A stretch of DNA of 24,715 bases from a virus (IMGVR_UViG_3300030330_001443:1-24715), one strand, 5' to 3'; positions 16,981-24,477 are shown, counted from the first letter of the stretch. The notes: generated from the sequence alone by a model not told the origin. Program-made: numbers and translations.

Positions 16981-16987
16981 TATTTTT
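16954..16987 (+). terminator. Intrinsic terminator at the end of the late region
   Basis: GGGGCT-TTTT-AGCCCC stem followed by a long T-rich tract. Confidence 0.85.
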
Positions 16988-17086
16988 ATAGTTTTTAACA
17001 GCCCTTCTTATCTAGTATTGTTAATTATTTTCTAATTTATTCAACTTTTTTTTGTTGAAATCCTTTTTTAATTGGTTGGGAGTGCA

Positions 17087-17094
17087 TATATTTG
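17087..17094 (+). promoter_or_regulatory. Early promoter -7 element TATATTTG
   Basis: TAnnTTTG 30 nt upstream of the first early gene, in the largest AT-rich intergenic region. Confidence 0.7.
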
Positions 17095-17124
17095 CTGCAT
17101 AATTATTAACGAAAACACAAAACA

Positions 17125-17421
17125 ATGACAAAAGATTTAATCAACAGCTTATTCTTTAATCCTAAAGAGGAGCTAAAAACAAGAGTTCTGAATGCTGATA
17201 TTGTAGAAGCTACTATCAATCAACTTATCGCAGAACTCAAAGAACAAGAGATGCGAAACGCCGAGCTTATCAAAGTGTATGAGCAAGAAGAAGACTTTGC
17301 TGACTTAGCACTAACTCAAGGCGTAAACAAAGGGCTTCAAATAGCATTGATACATTTGCGTAAATTGAATGCCGATATATTATGGAAACAATTAAATATA
17401 AAAATCGATGAAAACGATTAA
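17125..17421 (+). CDS. Hypothetical helical early protein
   Basis: A-rich SD-less start (CACAAAACAATG); first ORF after the early promoter; no recognised motif. Confidence 0.75.
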   Translation: MTKDLINSLFFNPKEELKTRVLNADIVEATINQLIAELKEQEMRNAELIKVYEQEEDFADLALTQGVNKGLQIALIHLRKLNADILWKQLNIKIDEND

Positions 17422-17533
17422 AAACTTTTTATGGAAAAACGCAGGAGCAATATTTTGCTATACTGTGGCAGCTTTAGTTCTTTTAGGAATTATAGCGATG
17501 GATTTAGTAGGAATTATCAAAATTACAATGTAA
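17408..17533 (+). CDS. 41-aa single-TM membrane protein (MKTIKNFLWKNAGAIFCYTVAALVLLGIIAMDLVGIIKITM), not in ORF track
   Basis: Overlaps the upstream stop and is TAATG-coupled to the next gene; basic N-terminus plus hydrophobic helix. Confidence 0.68.
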   Translation: MKTIKNFLWKNAGAIFCYTVAALVLLGIIAMDLVGIIKITM

Positions 17534-17952
17534 TGAAAAAGAAAGTTTTAAATGTAACACCACAGGGGGACTTTGAAAGTCAATACGGACACTTTTATAA
17601 ATGGGAAATAGAGTTTGATGATATGAAAGCAGAATATCTAAGCAAGTCTGAAAATCAAAACAAGTTTGTTGCTGGTCAAGAAATTGATGTTGAAATAACT
17701 ACAAGACAATATAACGGAAGAAGCATAAACAAAGTAAAACCATTATCTACTTTTCAAGGTGGATCAAGACCATCCCCAAAAGCAGATAATGTTCAAGAAC
17801 TAATAGTTAAGCAAAACGCTCTGACAAACGCCTGTAATGTGATTGGAGAAGCTGATGTTGCAAAGATTATAGAAGTGGCTGAGGTGTTCTCTAATTGGGT
17901 TCTAAAAGGCGAAAAGCCAACCTCAACAACGAAAAATGATTTACCGTTCTAA
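17533..17952 (+). CDS. Putative ssDNA-binding protein (beta-rich N-terminus, NDLPF tail)
   Basis: C-terminal DLPF typical of SSB-like proteins; start moved to the coupled ATG 17533. Confidence 0.6.
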   Translation: MKKKVLNVTPQGDFESQYGHFYKWEIEFDDMKAEYLSKSENQNKFVAGQEIDVEITTRQYNGRSINKVKPLSTFQGGSRPSPKADNVQELIVKQNALTNACNVIGEADVAKIIEVAEVFSNWVLKGEKPTSTTKNDLPF

Positions 17953-18161
17953 TGAATAAAAAAGAAACATATATAACAGAGGAGGGTCTTGAGTTTGAGT
18001 TTACAATTTGGGAATGTGACGGTGATTTTGAAACTCCAGCTTATTACTCTGTTGAGATTGACAAAATAAATTATGAAGATACTGATGTTACAGATTTACT
18101 TTTCAATATTGCTGATGAGTATGTAGATAATATCAGAAGAAAAATACAAGATAATGAATAA
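17952..18161 (+). CDS. Small acidic hypothetical protein
   Basis: Coupled start and stop; D/E-rich 69 aa. Confidence 0.7.
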   Translation: MNKKETYITEEGLEFEFTIWECDGDFETPAYYSVEIDKINYEDTDVTDLLFNIADEYVDNIRRKIQDNE

Positions 18162-18585
18162 ATTCGTAGATGAAGCATTTGATTTAATGGAAATAAACAG
18201 TAGAATCGAAAAATGTGTTGAAGCAGTTTGTTTAGTTTCTAACATATCAAAAAAAGAATTTTACAATAAATCAAGAACTAGAAACTTAATAGATTCAAGA
18301 AGAATGGTTTACGCATTTTGTAAAGAATCTCTTAATTTAGGATATTCAAAAACAGCTAAATTTTTTAATGTTAATCACGCAACTATAATACATCATTATA
18401 AATGCCATAATGAATTAATACAATATGATGTTTTTTATAAAGATAAATTTGAGGGTTTTGTAGAACTTGTACGAGCTGATATTGGTTTTTTTGATATTAA
18501 AAACATCATAAAAGAAGTTAAATCTATAAAAGAAAAACATCTAGCAAAAGCATACAATGAAGAAAATTCTAGTAAAAAAAAGTAG
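18154..18585 (+). CDS. DnaA C-terminal (domain IV)-like HTH DNA-binding protein
   Basis: KSRTRNLIDSRRM...SKTAKFFNVNHATIIH resembles DnaA domain IV (SR...R...DHTTV.H). Confidence 0.75.
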   Translation: MNKFVDEAFDLMEINSRIEKCVEAVCLVSNISKKEFYNKSRTRNLIDSRRMVYAFCKESLNLGYSKTAKFFNVNHATIIHHYKCHNELIQYDVFYKDKFEGFVELVRADIGFFDIKNIIKEVKSIKEKHLAKAYNEENSSKKK

Positions 18586-19231
18586 CAACTTCACCACGAT
18601 CAATAATGAGTTCATCTTCAATAAGGATATGAGTTTAAAAGCTAAGGGGTTATTATGTCATTTGTTAGCACTTCCCGAATCTTGGGACTTGTATGTTGAG
18701 GAGGTGGAGAAGTGGCACAAAGACAAAAAAGATTCTATTTACAGTGGATTTAAGGAATTGATGAATCTTGGCTATGTTCAAAGAATACAAAAAAGAGAAG
18801 CTGGAAAGTTCAAAGGTTTTGATTATATAGTTTTTGAAAAACCGAAAAGGGATTTGTCGAAAACGGTTTTGTCGGAAACGGAAAATCCGCAACTATTAAA
18901 TACTGATATTAAATTAAATACTAATATAATTAAAAAAGAGAATTTTGATTTTGAAGAATTAGAAGAATTGAATGTTGAGATTTGGAAAAAGTGGAGAGCT
19001 TATAGAAAAGAAACATTCCGCTTGACTTACAAACCAATCGGAGAAAAAGCTGCAATTGGAAAGCTGATGCGACTTTCACAAGGATGCCACGAAGTCCAAG
19101 AACAAATAATAAATCAAAGCATTGAAAACGGATGGAAAGGAATTTTTGATCTTAAACAACAAAAACAATCTAAAACTAAGAGCGCACTTGATAACTGGCA
19201 GAAAGCTCGTAATATGATAAACAATGGATAA
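18557..19231 (+). CDS. Phage replication initiator (lambda O-like / replisome organiser)
   Basis: NFTTINN...MSLKAKGLL..LL.LP.SW HTH N-terminus; central iterons; C-terminal W..W..YR...SIENGWKGIF. Confidence 0.82.
   Translation: MKKILVKKSSNFTTINNEFIFNKDMSLKAKGLLCHLLALPESWDLYVEEVEKWHKDKKDSIYSGFKELMNLGYVQRIQKREAGKFKGFDYIVFEKPKRDLSKTVLSETENPQLLNTDIKLNTNIIKKENFDFEELEELNVEIWKKWRAYRKETFRLTYKPIGEKAAIGKLMRLSQGCHEVQEQIINQSIENGWKGIFDLKQQKQSKTKSALDNWQKARNMINNG
18838..18937 (+). repeat. Putative replication origin: 15-bp-period iterons plus AT-rich tract inside the initiator gene
   Basis: TTTGTCGAAAACGG (18853-18866) and TTTGTCGGAAACGG (18868-18881), degenerate copies at 18838 and 18883, then an AT-rich region with TTAAATACT(G/A)ATAT twice. 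Confidence 0.7.
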
Positions 19232-19235
19232 AAAA
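19223..19235 (+). repeat. Left copy of 13-bp direct repeat AATGGATAAAAAA
   Basis: Identical to 21459-21471; contains the overlapping start and stop of adjacent genes. Confidence 0.8.
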
Positions 19236-19610
19236 TATTATAATTACAAACTTTGGGAAGATTACAAAAATGGAATGTATGAAAAGGGAGTTGAAGAAAA
19301 CTTAATAGAAGAATGTGTTTTACTTCTTTGTAATAAAAAGCATTTTTACGAAAATGGAAAACTAATGCTAAAAACTTGGATTTATTCAAGTGAGCAAAAT
19401 TTAACTAATAACGACATTAACCAAAAAGCTTGGATTGGTCAAGCTACTTGTAATTTTAGATTTAAAGCTAATATAGATACTGTTATAGAGTCTTGGCATA
19501 AATTAACCCAAGAACAACAAAAAGAAGCTAATTATGTAGCTTCTATACTAATAAACGAATACAAAAACAATAAAAAAAATATATTATGCCCAAAACTAAA
19601 CTTGGAATAA
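19224..19610 (+). CDS. Hypothetical protein, first gene of the YbdN/YbdM cassette
   Basis: WEDYKNGMY and NLTN...NQKAWIGQA.C motifs; overlaps both neighbours. Confidence 0.8.
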   Translation: MDKKYYNYKLWEDYKNGMYEKGVEENLIEECVLLLCNKKHFYENGKLMLKTWIYSSEQNLTNNDINQKAWIGQATCNFRFKANIDTVIESWHKLTQEQQKEANYVASILINEYKNNKKNILCPKLNLE

Positions 19611-20839
19611 ATGTTCTTCAAGCATCTGAAGAAAGAATAAAATGGTCTTTTGATAACTTTGAAAAATTATATATTAGTTTATCTGGTGGTAAAGATTCTA
19701 CTACTATGCTTCATTTAGTTCTTAATGAAGCTATTAAAAGAAATAGAAAAATAGGTTTATTTATTGTGGATTTAGAGGCACAATACAAACTAACAATAGA
19801 AAACATAAATAATTTAATAACTGAATATAAAGATTATTTAGATGTTTATTGGATATGTTTACCAATATCATTAAGAAATGCTGTAAGCGTGTATGAACCA
19901 AAATGGATTTGTTGGGATGAAGATAGAAAAGATGATTGGGTAAGAGAAATGCCAAAAGATTGTATAAATGGTATTGATTATTTTAATTTTTTTCATAAAG
20001 GAATGGAGTTTGAGGAATTTATAGAACTTTTTGGCGAATGGTATTCAGATGGCAAAAAAACTGGTTGTTTTGTAGGTATAAGAACTGATGAAAGTTTAAA
20101 TAGATTTAGAACTATTGCTTCTAATAAAAAAACTACAATTGATGGTTTGCAATATACTACAAAGGTTACAGATAATGTTTATAATCTTTACCCTATTTAT
20201 GATTGGAAAACATCTGATATTTGGGTTTACCACGCTAAAACAGAAAAAAGTTATAATAGATTATATGATTTAATGCATAATGCTGGACTTACTATTCACC
20301 AAATGAGGTTATGTCAACCTTATGGAGATGACCAAAGAAGGGGGTTATGGTTGTATCACTTAATAGAGCCCAATACTTGGGCAAAAGTTGTTGCAAGGGT
20401 AAATGGTGCAAATAGTGGGGCTTTATATGTAATGGAATCTGGAAACATAAATGGATATCATAAAATAACAAAACCAGAAGGACATACTTGGAAATCATTT
20501 GCAGAAATGTTTGTTGATTCATTACCCCCAACAACAAAAGAACATTATCAAAACAAAATTATACTTTTTCAAAAATGGTGGATTGAAAAAGGTTATCCAA
20601 ATGGAATACCAGATGAAGCCGACCTCAATTTAGAATCTAGAAGATTAGTTCCAAGTTGGAGAAGAATATGTAAATCACTTTTAAGAAATGATTATTGGTG
20701 TAAAGGTTTAGGATTTAGTCAACATAAATCAAATGCATACAAAAAATATTTGCTTTTAATGAAAAAAAGAAAAGAACAATGGAATGTTAATCAATTAACT
20801 ATATTTAAAAATGACAACGGAAATTATAAAACAAATTGA
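19586..20839 (+). CDS. ybdN: YbdN/IbrA-like PP-loop (PAPS reductase fold) protein with DUF3440
   Basis: SLSGGKDS, GIRTDES..R, YPIYDW...DIW, GLWLYHLIEP, PSWRRICK.LL.NDYWC closely match E. coli YbdN as I recall it. Confidence 0.92.
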   Translation: MPKTKLGINVLQASEERIKWSFDNFEKLYISLSGGKDSTTMLHLVLNEAIKRNRKIGLFIVDLEAQYKLTIENINNLITEYKDYLDVYWICLPISLRNAVSVYEPKWICWDEDRKDDWVREMPKDCINGIDYFNFFHKGMEFEEFIELFGEWYSDGKKTGCFVGIRTDESLNRFRTIASNKKTTIDGLQYTTKVTDNVYNLYPIYDWKTSDIWVYHAKTEKSYNRLYDLMHNAGLTIHQMRLCQPYGDDQRRGLWLYHLIEPNTWAKVVARVNGANSGALYVMESGNINGYHKITKPEGHTWKSFAEMFVDSLPPTTKEHYQNKIILFQKWWIEKGYPNGIPDEADLNLESRRLVPSWRRICKSLLRNDYWCKGLGFSQHKSNAYKKYLLLMKKRKEQWNVNQLTIFKNDNGNYKTN

Positions 20840-21467
20840 AAAAATTAAAAATTTAGATTTAGAACAAAAAGTTAAATGTATAAATGAAATAAAAATAGCT
20901 TTACACGAAATAAGTCCCTTTAATACAGAGCCAGTTGATTGTGTTATTTGGGTAAAAAACGAAACGGTTTACGCTAACGATTATAACCCAAATTCGGTAG
21001 CACCTCCAGAAATGGAACTTTTAAGACATTCAATTTCAAACGATGGTTATACTCAACCAATTGTTAGTATGAAAATAAATAATACAGAAAGAGAGGTTAT
21101 TGATGGGTTTCATAGAAATAGAGTTGGTAAAGAATGTAAAGATATTCAAAAAAGGGTTTACGGATATTTGCCAGTAGTAACAATTAGAGAAACACAAGAA
21201 AATAAAGGAGATAGAATTGCTTCTACTATTCGACATAACAGAGCGAGAGGAAAACACAGAATTGATGCAATGTCTGAAATTGTTCTTGATTTGAAAAAAA
21301 GAAATTGGAGTGATAAAAAAATTGCTAAAGAATTAGGAATGGATCAAGATGAAGTTTTAAGATTGAAACAATTAACTGGCTTAGCTGAATTATTTAAAAA
21401 TCAAGATTTTTCAGAGGCTTGGGAAGCAGAAATACAAGAAACTGAAAAAGAAACTATAAATGGATAA
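20811..21467 (+). CDS. ybdM: YbdM/IbrB-like ParB/Srx-domain protein with C-terminal HTH
   Basis: EPVDCVIWVK, NDYNPN.VAPPE, DGYTQPIV, DGFHR, TIRHNRARG, LGMD.DEVLRLKQ. Confidence 0.92.
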   Translation: MTTEIIKQIEKIKNLDLEQKVKCINEIKIALHEISPFNTEPVDCVIWVKNETVYANDYNPNSVAPPEMELLRHSISNDGYTQPIVSMKINNTEREVIDGFHRNRVGKECKDIQKRVYGYLPVVTIRETQENKGDRIASTIRHNRARGKHRIDAMSEIVLDLKKRNWSDKKIAKELGMDQDEVLRLKQLTGLAELFKNQDFSEAWEAEIQETEKETING

Positions 21468-21471
21468 AAAA
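21459..21471 (+). repeat. Right copy of 13-bp direct repeat AATGGATAAAAAA
   Basis: Identical to 19223-19235. Confidence 0.8.
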
Positions 21472-21864
21472 CAACAAATCTGGTATCGTTGGAAGAACGA
21501 ACTTCCAAAACTCAAAGAAGAAGCTGTTGACATACTTTCTAGAACTTACTTGGAGATAGGACAAAAGCCAAGTGTTGAGGACATAGTTACAATGGCAAAC
21601 ATTCTAGTCGATGATTTGGCAAATAACACTCAATTCAGCACAATGACAATGGAGGATGTCTCAAGGGGTTTTAGAGAGGGTGTAAGGTCTGGAGATGAAG
21701 CAAGTGTCTTTCTGAATGTAAGGACTTGGAATATATGGCTACGAAAAGAAAAGAAAAAGGTTGCAAAAAAAGTAATAGAATTACATAAACAACAAGAACT
21801 CGAATACATTGAAAACGCTCGTTTGTTGGGCGCAACTATTAACAAAGCAAAACTATTAAAATGA
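21460..21864 (+). CDS. Hypothetical protein, possible helicase-loader-like partner of the initiator
   Basis: Helical 134 aa; would directly follow the initiator if the cassette were absent; function inferred from position only. Confidence 0.55.
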   Translation: MDKKQQIWYRWKNELPKLKEEAVDILSRTYLEIGQKPSVEDIVTMANILVDDLANNTQFSTMTMEDVSRGFREGVRSGDEASVFLNVRTWNIWLRKEKKKVAKKVIELHKQQELEYIENARLLGATINKAKLLK

Positions 21865-22115
21865 AAAAAGGACAATTAAAAATAGAAACAGTCAAGATTC
21901 TTGACTCAGTCAGTAAGTTCATCAAAGAATCAACAACTGATTATGACAGTGAGGATTTGAAAGCATTATTTTCAGAAGCTCTTGCTTACTATGATTTGTA
22001 TTTGTTAAAGAAAAACAACAAGAGGATCGAAGCAGCAATGTTAGAAAGCAAGTTAGTCCCAAAATGGGAGGAGGGTTTAAGAGCTGAGATAAGAGCTTAT
22101 TTTGATGAAGTATGA
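21861..22115 (+). CDS. Hypothetical protein
   Basis: ATGA overlaps on both sides. Confidence 0.7.
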   Translation: MKKGQLKIETVKILDSVSKFIKESTTDYDSEDLKALFSEALAYYDLYLLKKNNKRIEAAMLESKLVPKWEEGLRAEIRAYFDEV

Positions 22116-22417
22116 AAGCAAGAGACAAAGTAAAAACTCTCTTGAATAAGTACCCAAGATTCAGAGATTCTGACAATAAATTGATTGCCGCTTATTGGTT
22201 GGATGAATTAAGAAGAAAAGGATTGAATCCAGATGAAATGAGTGGAATGGACTTCCTTCACTTGTTTGCTGATTCAAAAATTACAAACCCAGAAACTATC
22301 AGAAGAAGCAGAGCAAAACTACAAGAAGAAGATTCTTCATTGAGAGGAAATAATTATTCCGTAAGAAAAGGAGTAATTCAAGACAAATGGAGAAAAGATT
22401 TGGGATATAATGGCTAA
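22112..22417 (+). CDS. Hypothetical basic phage protein (possible DNA-binding)
   Basis: YPRFRDSDNKL and PETIRRSRAKLQ motifs; coupled to neighbours. Confidence 0.75.
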   Translation: MKARDKVKTLLNKYPRFRDSDNKLIAAYWLDELRRKGLNPDEMSGMDFLHLFADSKITNPETIRRSRAKLQEEDSSLRGNNYSVRKGVIQDKWRKDLGYNG

Positions 22418-22808
22418 AACTACAACAGCCAAACTAAAGGCAAAGCTAGACAAGCTCTTTAGTGAATACATAAGGAAAAGAGATAGCGACCACAGAGGGA
22501 TGTGCAAGTGCATTAGTTGCGGCAAAGAAGCTCCAGCTTTTGGGGGTTCTATCCACGCAGGACACTTTATGAGCAGAAGGCACTTATCAACACGATGGGA
22601 TGAAAAGAATGTGAATGCTCAATGTGCTGGATGTAATACTTTTAGAGGGGGTGAGCAATATAGACAATCTATTGGAATAGATAGAAAGTGGGGTGAGGGA
22701 ACTTCAGCAGAGTTAGAACAAAGGGCGCAATCAGTAGTCAAACTATCAAGAATCGATTATGAAGAAGCAATCGCAAACATTAAGCAAAAGATTAAAGAAC
22801 TGAATTAA
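22410..22808 (+). CDS. ninG: NinG/Rap-like recombination endonuclease
   Basis: FSEYIRKRD, CISCG, HAGHF.SR, TRWDEKNVNAQC..CN. Confidence 0.88.
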   Translation: MAKTTTAKLKAKLDKLFSEYIRKRDSDHRGMCKCISCGKEAPAFGGSIHAGHFMSRRHLSTRWDEKNVNAQCAGCNTFRGGEQYRQSIGIDRKWGEGTSAELEQRAQSVVKLSRIDYEEAIANIKQKIKELN

Positions 22809-22876
22809 CAATGAGGTGTTAATATTTTTTAACCTCAACGATTGGATAATAGAATCATTATTTTATTTTAGCAACA

Positions 22877-23242
22877 ATGACAAAAATTAGTACAATATTT
22901 GAAGGAGGAATTGCTAAGGTTGCAACCCTTGCAGATGGTTCACTCTCACTAACGATACACACTCAAGAGCTACCAGAAGAAACAATGATGAGACTATTTA
23001 AGCTAAGAAAAAAACCAGGAATGGTCCTTATTAGTTCGGATGGTATAAACAAAAAAGAAGTTGAAGAAGTCGAAAAGTTCACAAGTGATTTTGAGGTTGG
23101 AGGTAAAACACCAAGTCAAAGACTAAGAGCTGTACTTTATAGAGTATGGGAGCAAACAGAGCAGAATTATGATTTTCCTATTTGGTATGAATCACAGCTT
23201 GAAAGAATAATCAATAAATACAAAGCGACTCTGGATGCCTAG
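22877..23242 (+). CDS. Conserved-looking phage hypothetical protein
   Basis: DGSLSL...TQEL and GKTPSQRLRAVLYR.W motifs. Confidence 0.78.
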   Translation: MTKISTIFEGGIAKVATLADGSLSLTIHTQELPEETMMRLFKLRKKPGMVLISSDGINKKEVEEVEKFTSDFEVGGKTPSQRLRAVLYRVWEQTEQNYDFPIWYESQLERIINKYKATLDA

Positions 23243-23450
23243 AAGAACGCTCTCTCAACTGATTTGGAAAAGCACGGAGAACGGAGCTGAGTTGAGATTG
23301 CCAAGAATAATTAACACAGACATAAACTTTCAATTGATGTTTGGAGAAGCTGAAAGCCATAACGAACAAACACAAAGAGAAACAACCAATGCTGAAAAAT
23401 ATGAGTGTAGAACTTACCAAGATATTGAACATTTTAAGAAATTTGTCTAA
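23235..23450 (+). CDS. Hypothetical protein
   Basis: ATG overlaps the upstream stop by 8 nt. Confidence 0.6.
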   Translation: MPRRTLSQLIWKSTENGAELRLPRIINTDINFQLMFGEAESHNEQTQRETTNAEKYECRTYQDIEHFKKFV

Positions 23451-23568
23451 AATTACAATAGGAGTTGTTATGCTTTTTATTATGCTTCCTTTTGTGATTG
23501 TTTGGTTTAGTTTTTTATTCCTTAAATTTGTAATTGAATATGAAGTTAAAAGCAGTTCTAGAGGTTAG
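23401..23568 (+). CDS. Small membrane protein
   Basis: ITIGVVMLFIMLPFVIVWFSFLFL hydrophobic helix; start uncertain (ATG 23389 or 23401). Confidence 0.5.
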   Translation: MSVELTKILNILRNLSKITIGVVMLFIMLPFVIVWFSFLFLKFVIEYEVKSSSRG

Positions 23569-23740
23569 TATTATACTCAAAGAAGATGAAACCGTTGAAG
23601 AAGCAAACTCAAGAGCTATTGAAAAGCTAATTGATGTGGTCGACGAATGGATAAACAACAAGGATGGATTGACTCCATATATTAAAATTGAATATGATGT
23701 AGACTTTGACTACATTAAAGAGATAAAACTATTGAACTAA
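23540..23740 (+). CDS. Small acidic hypothetical protein
   Basis: ATG 23540; stop abuts the HNH start. Confidence 0.65.
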   Translation: MKLKAVLEVSIILKEDETVEEANSRAIEKLIDVVDEWINNKDGLTPYIKIEYDVDFDYIKEIKLLN

Positions 23741-24073
23741 ATGCCAAACTTACCAAAAGGAAAACCTAAAATCTGGATAGCTAATAGTAAAAAGAAAACA
23801 CGATTCACTGAAAAGCACATTTCAGAAAACACTAGCTTCTATAACAGTAGTGCTTGGCGTAAAGTAAGAAAAGCATACTTCACAATGAATCCGATTTGCA
23901 AATGGTGTGAAGAAGAAGGAAGGGTAACAGAGGGAAAGATTGTTGATCATATTATTGAGATAAAGGATGGAGGTGACACATTGAGCTTTGAAAATTTACA
24001 AACACTTTGTCAAGTACACCACAACCAAAAAACAGCCTGGGCTAAAATGAAAAGAAGAAATGAAGAAAAGTAA
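23741..24073 (+). CDS. HNH endonuclease, terminase-associated (HK97 gp74-like)
   Basis: FYNSSAWRKVR, CKWC, VDHI..I..GG, NLQTLC..HHN.KT. Confidence 0.9.
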   Translation: MPNLPKGKPKIWIANSKKKTRFTEKHISENTSFYNSSAWRKVRKAYFTMNPICKWCEEEGRVTEGKIVDHIIEIKDGGDTLSFENLQTLCQVHHNQKTAWAKMKRRNEEK

Positions 24074-24326
24074 ATATTATTTCGATTACACAAGAAACAC
24101 GGATAGTTCTTTAGTGGATAAAAGAGTTCCATATTATTACAAAGGTAAAGAAGGGTACGAAGCCCGAAAGGTGTGTGACAACTTTGATTTACCTTATCAT
24201 TTAGCAACTGCTACAACTTACATACTCCGAGCTTATCACAAGCACGACACACCAATTGACTGTTTAAAAAAAGCAATAGCACACATTGAATTTGAAATAG
24301 AGAAATATGACAGAGATAGAAGATAA
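24060..24326 (+). CDS. DUF3310-like protein (T7 gp1.7 nucleotide kinase-related)
   Basis: PYYY.G...YE, YILRA..K....DCLKKA pattern. Confidence 0.65.
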   Translation: MKKSKYYFDYTRNTDSSLVDKRVPYYYKGKEGYEARKVCDNFDLPYHLATATTYILRAYHKHDTPIDCLKKAIAHIEFEIEKYDRDRR

Positions 24327-24477
24327 TGAATGTTTAAATTGTTATTGTTGGATAGATGAAGTTGGTGAACTGTTTTGTTCTGATGACTGCTATGATGAAT
24401 GGCATTACGACAATCCAGACTACTATTGGTGTGAAGAACAACAAATGTATTTAGAATATGAGCAAGACAATAAATAG
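24307..24477 (+). CDS. 56-aa acidic FCS-type zinc-finger protein, not in ORF track
   Basis: MTEIEDNECLNCYCWIDEVGELFCSDDCYDEWHYDNPDYYWCEEQQMYLEYEQDNK: CxxC...FCSxxC; overlaps both neighbours by 20 nt. Confidence 0.68.
   Translation: MTEIEDNECLNCYCWIDEVGELFCSDDCYDEWHYDNPDYYWCEEQQMYLEYEQDNK

Noticed and set aside
16995-17030. Possible dif-like (XerC/D) attachment site
   Set aside because: Only partial resemblance to the XerD arm (TTGTTAAT versus TTATGTTAAAT) and no convincing XerC arm
19586-20839. Calling this a cysH sulfur-assimilation auxiliary metabolic gene
   Set aside because: Matches the YbdN/DUF3440 family, lacks the C-terminal ECGLH motif of true PAPS reductases, and is paired with a ParB-like gene
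20811-21467. ParB as evidence of plasmid-prophage partitioning
   Set aside because: IbrB/YbdM subtype; no ParA or parS array seen
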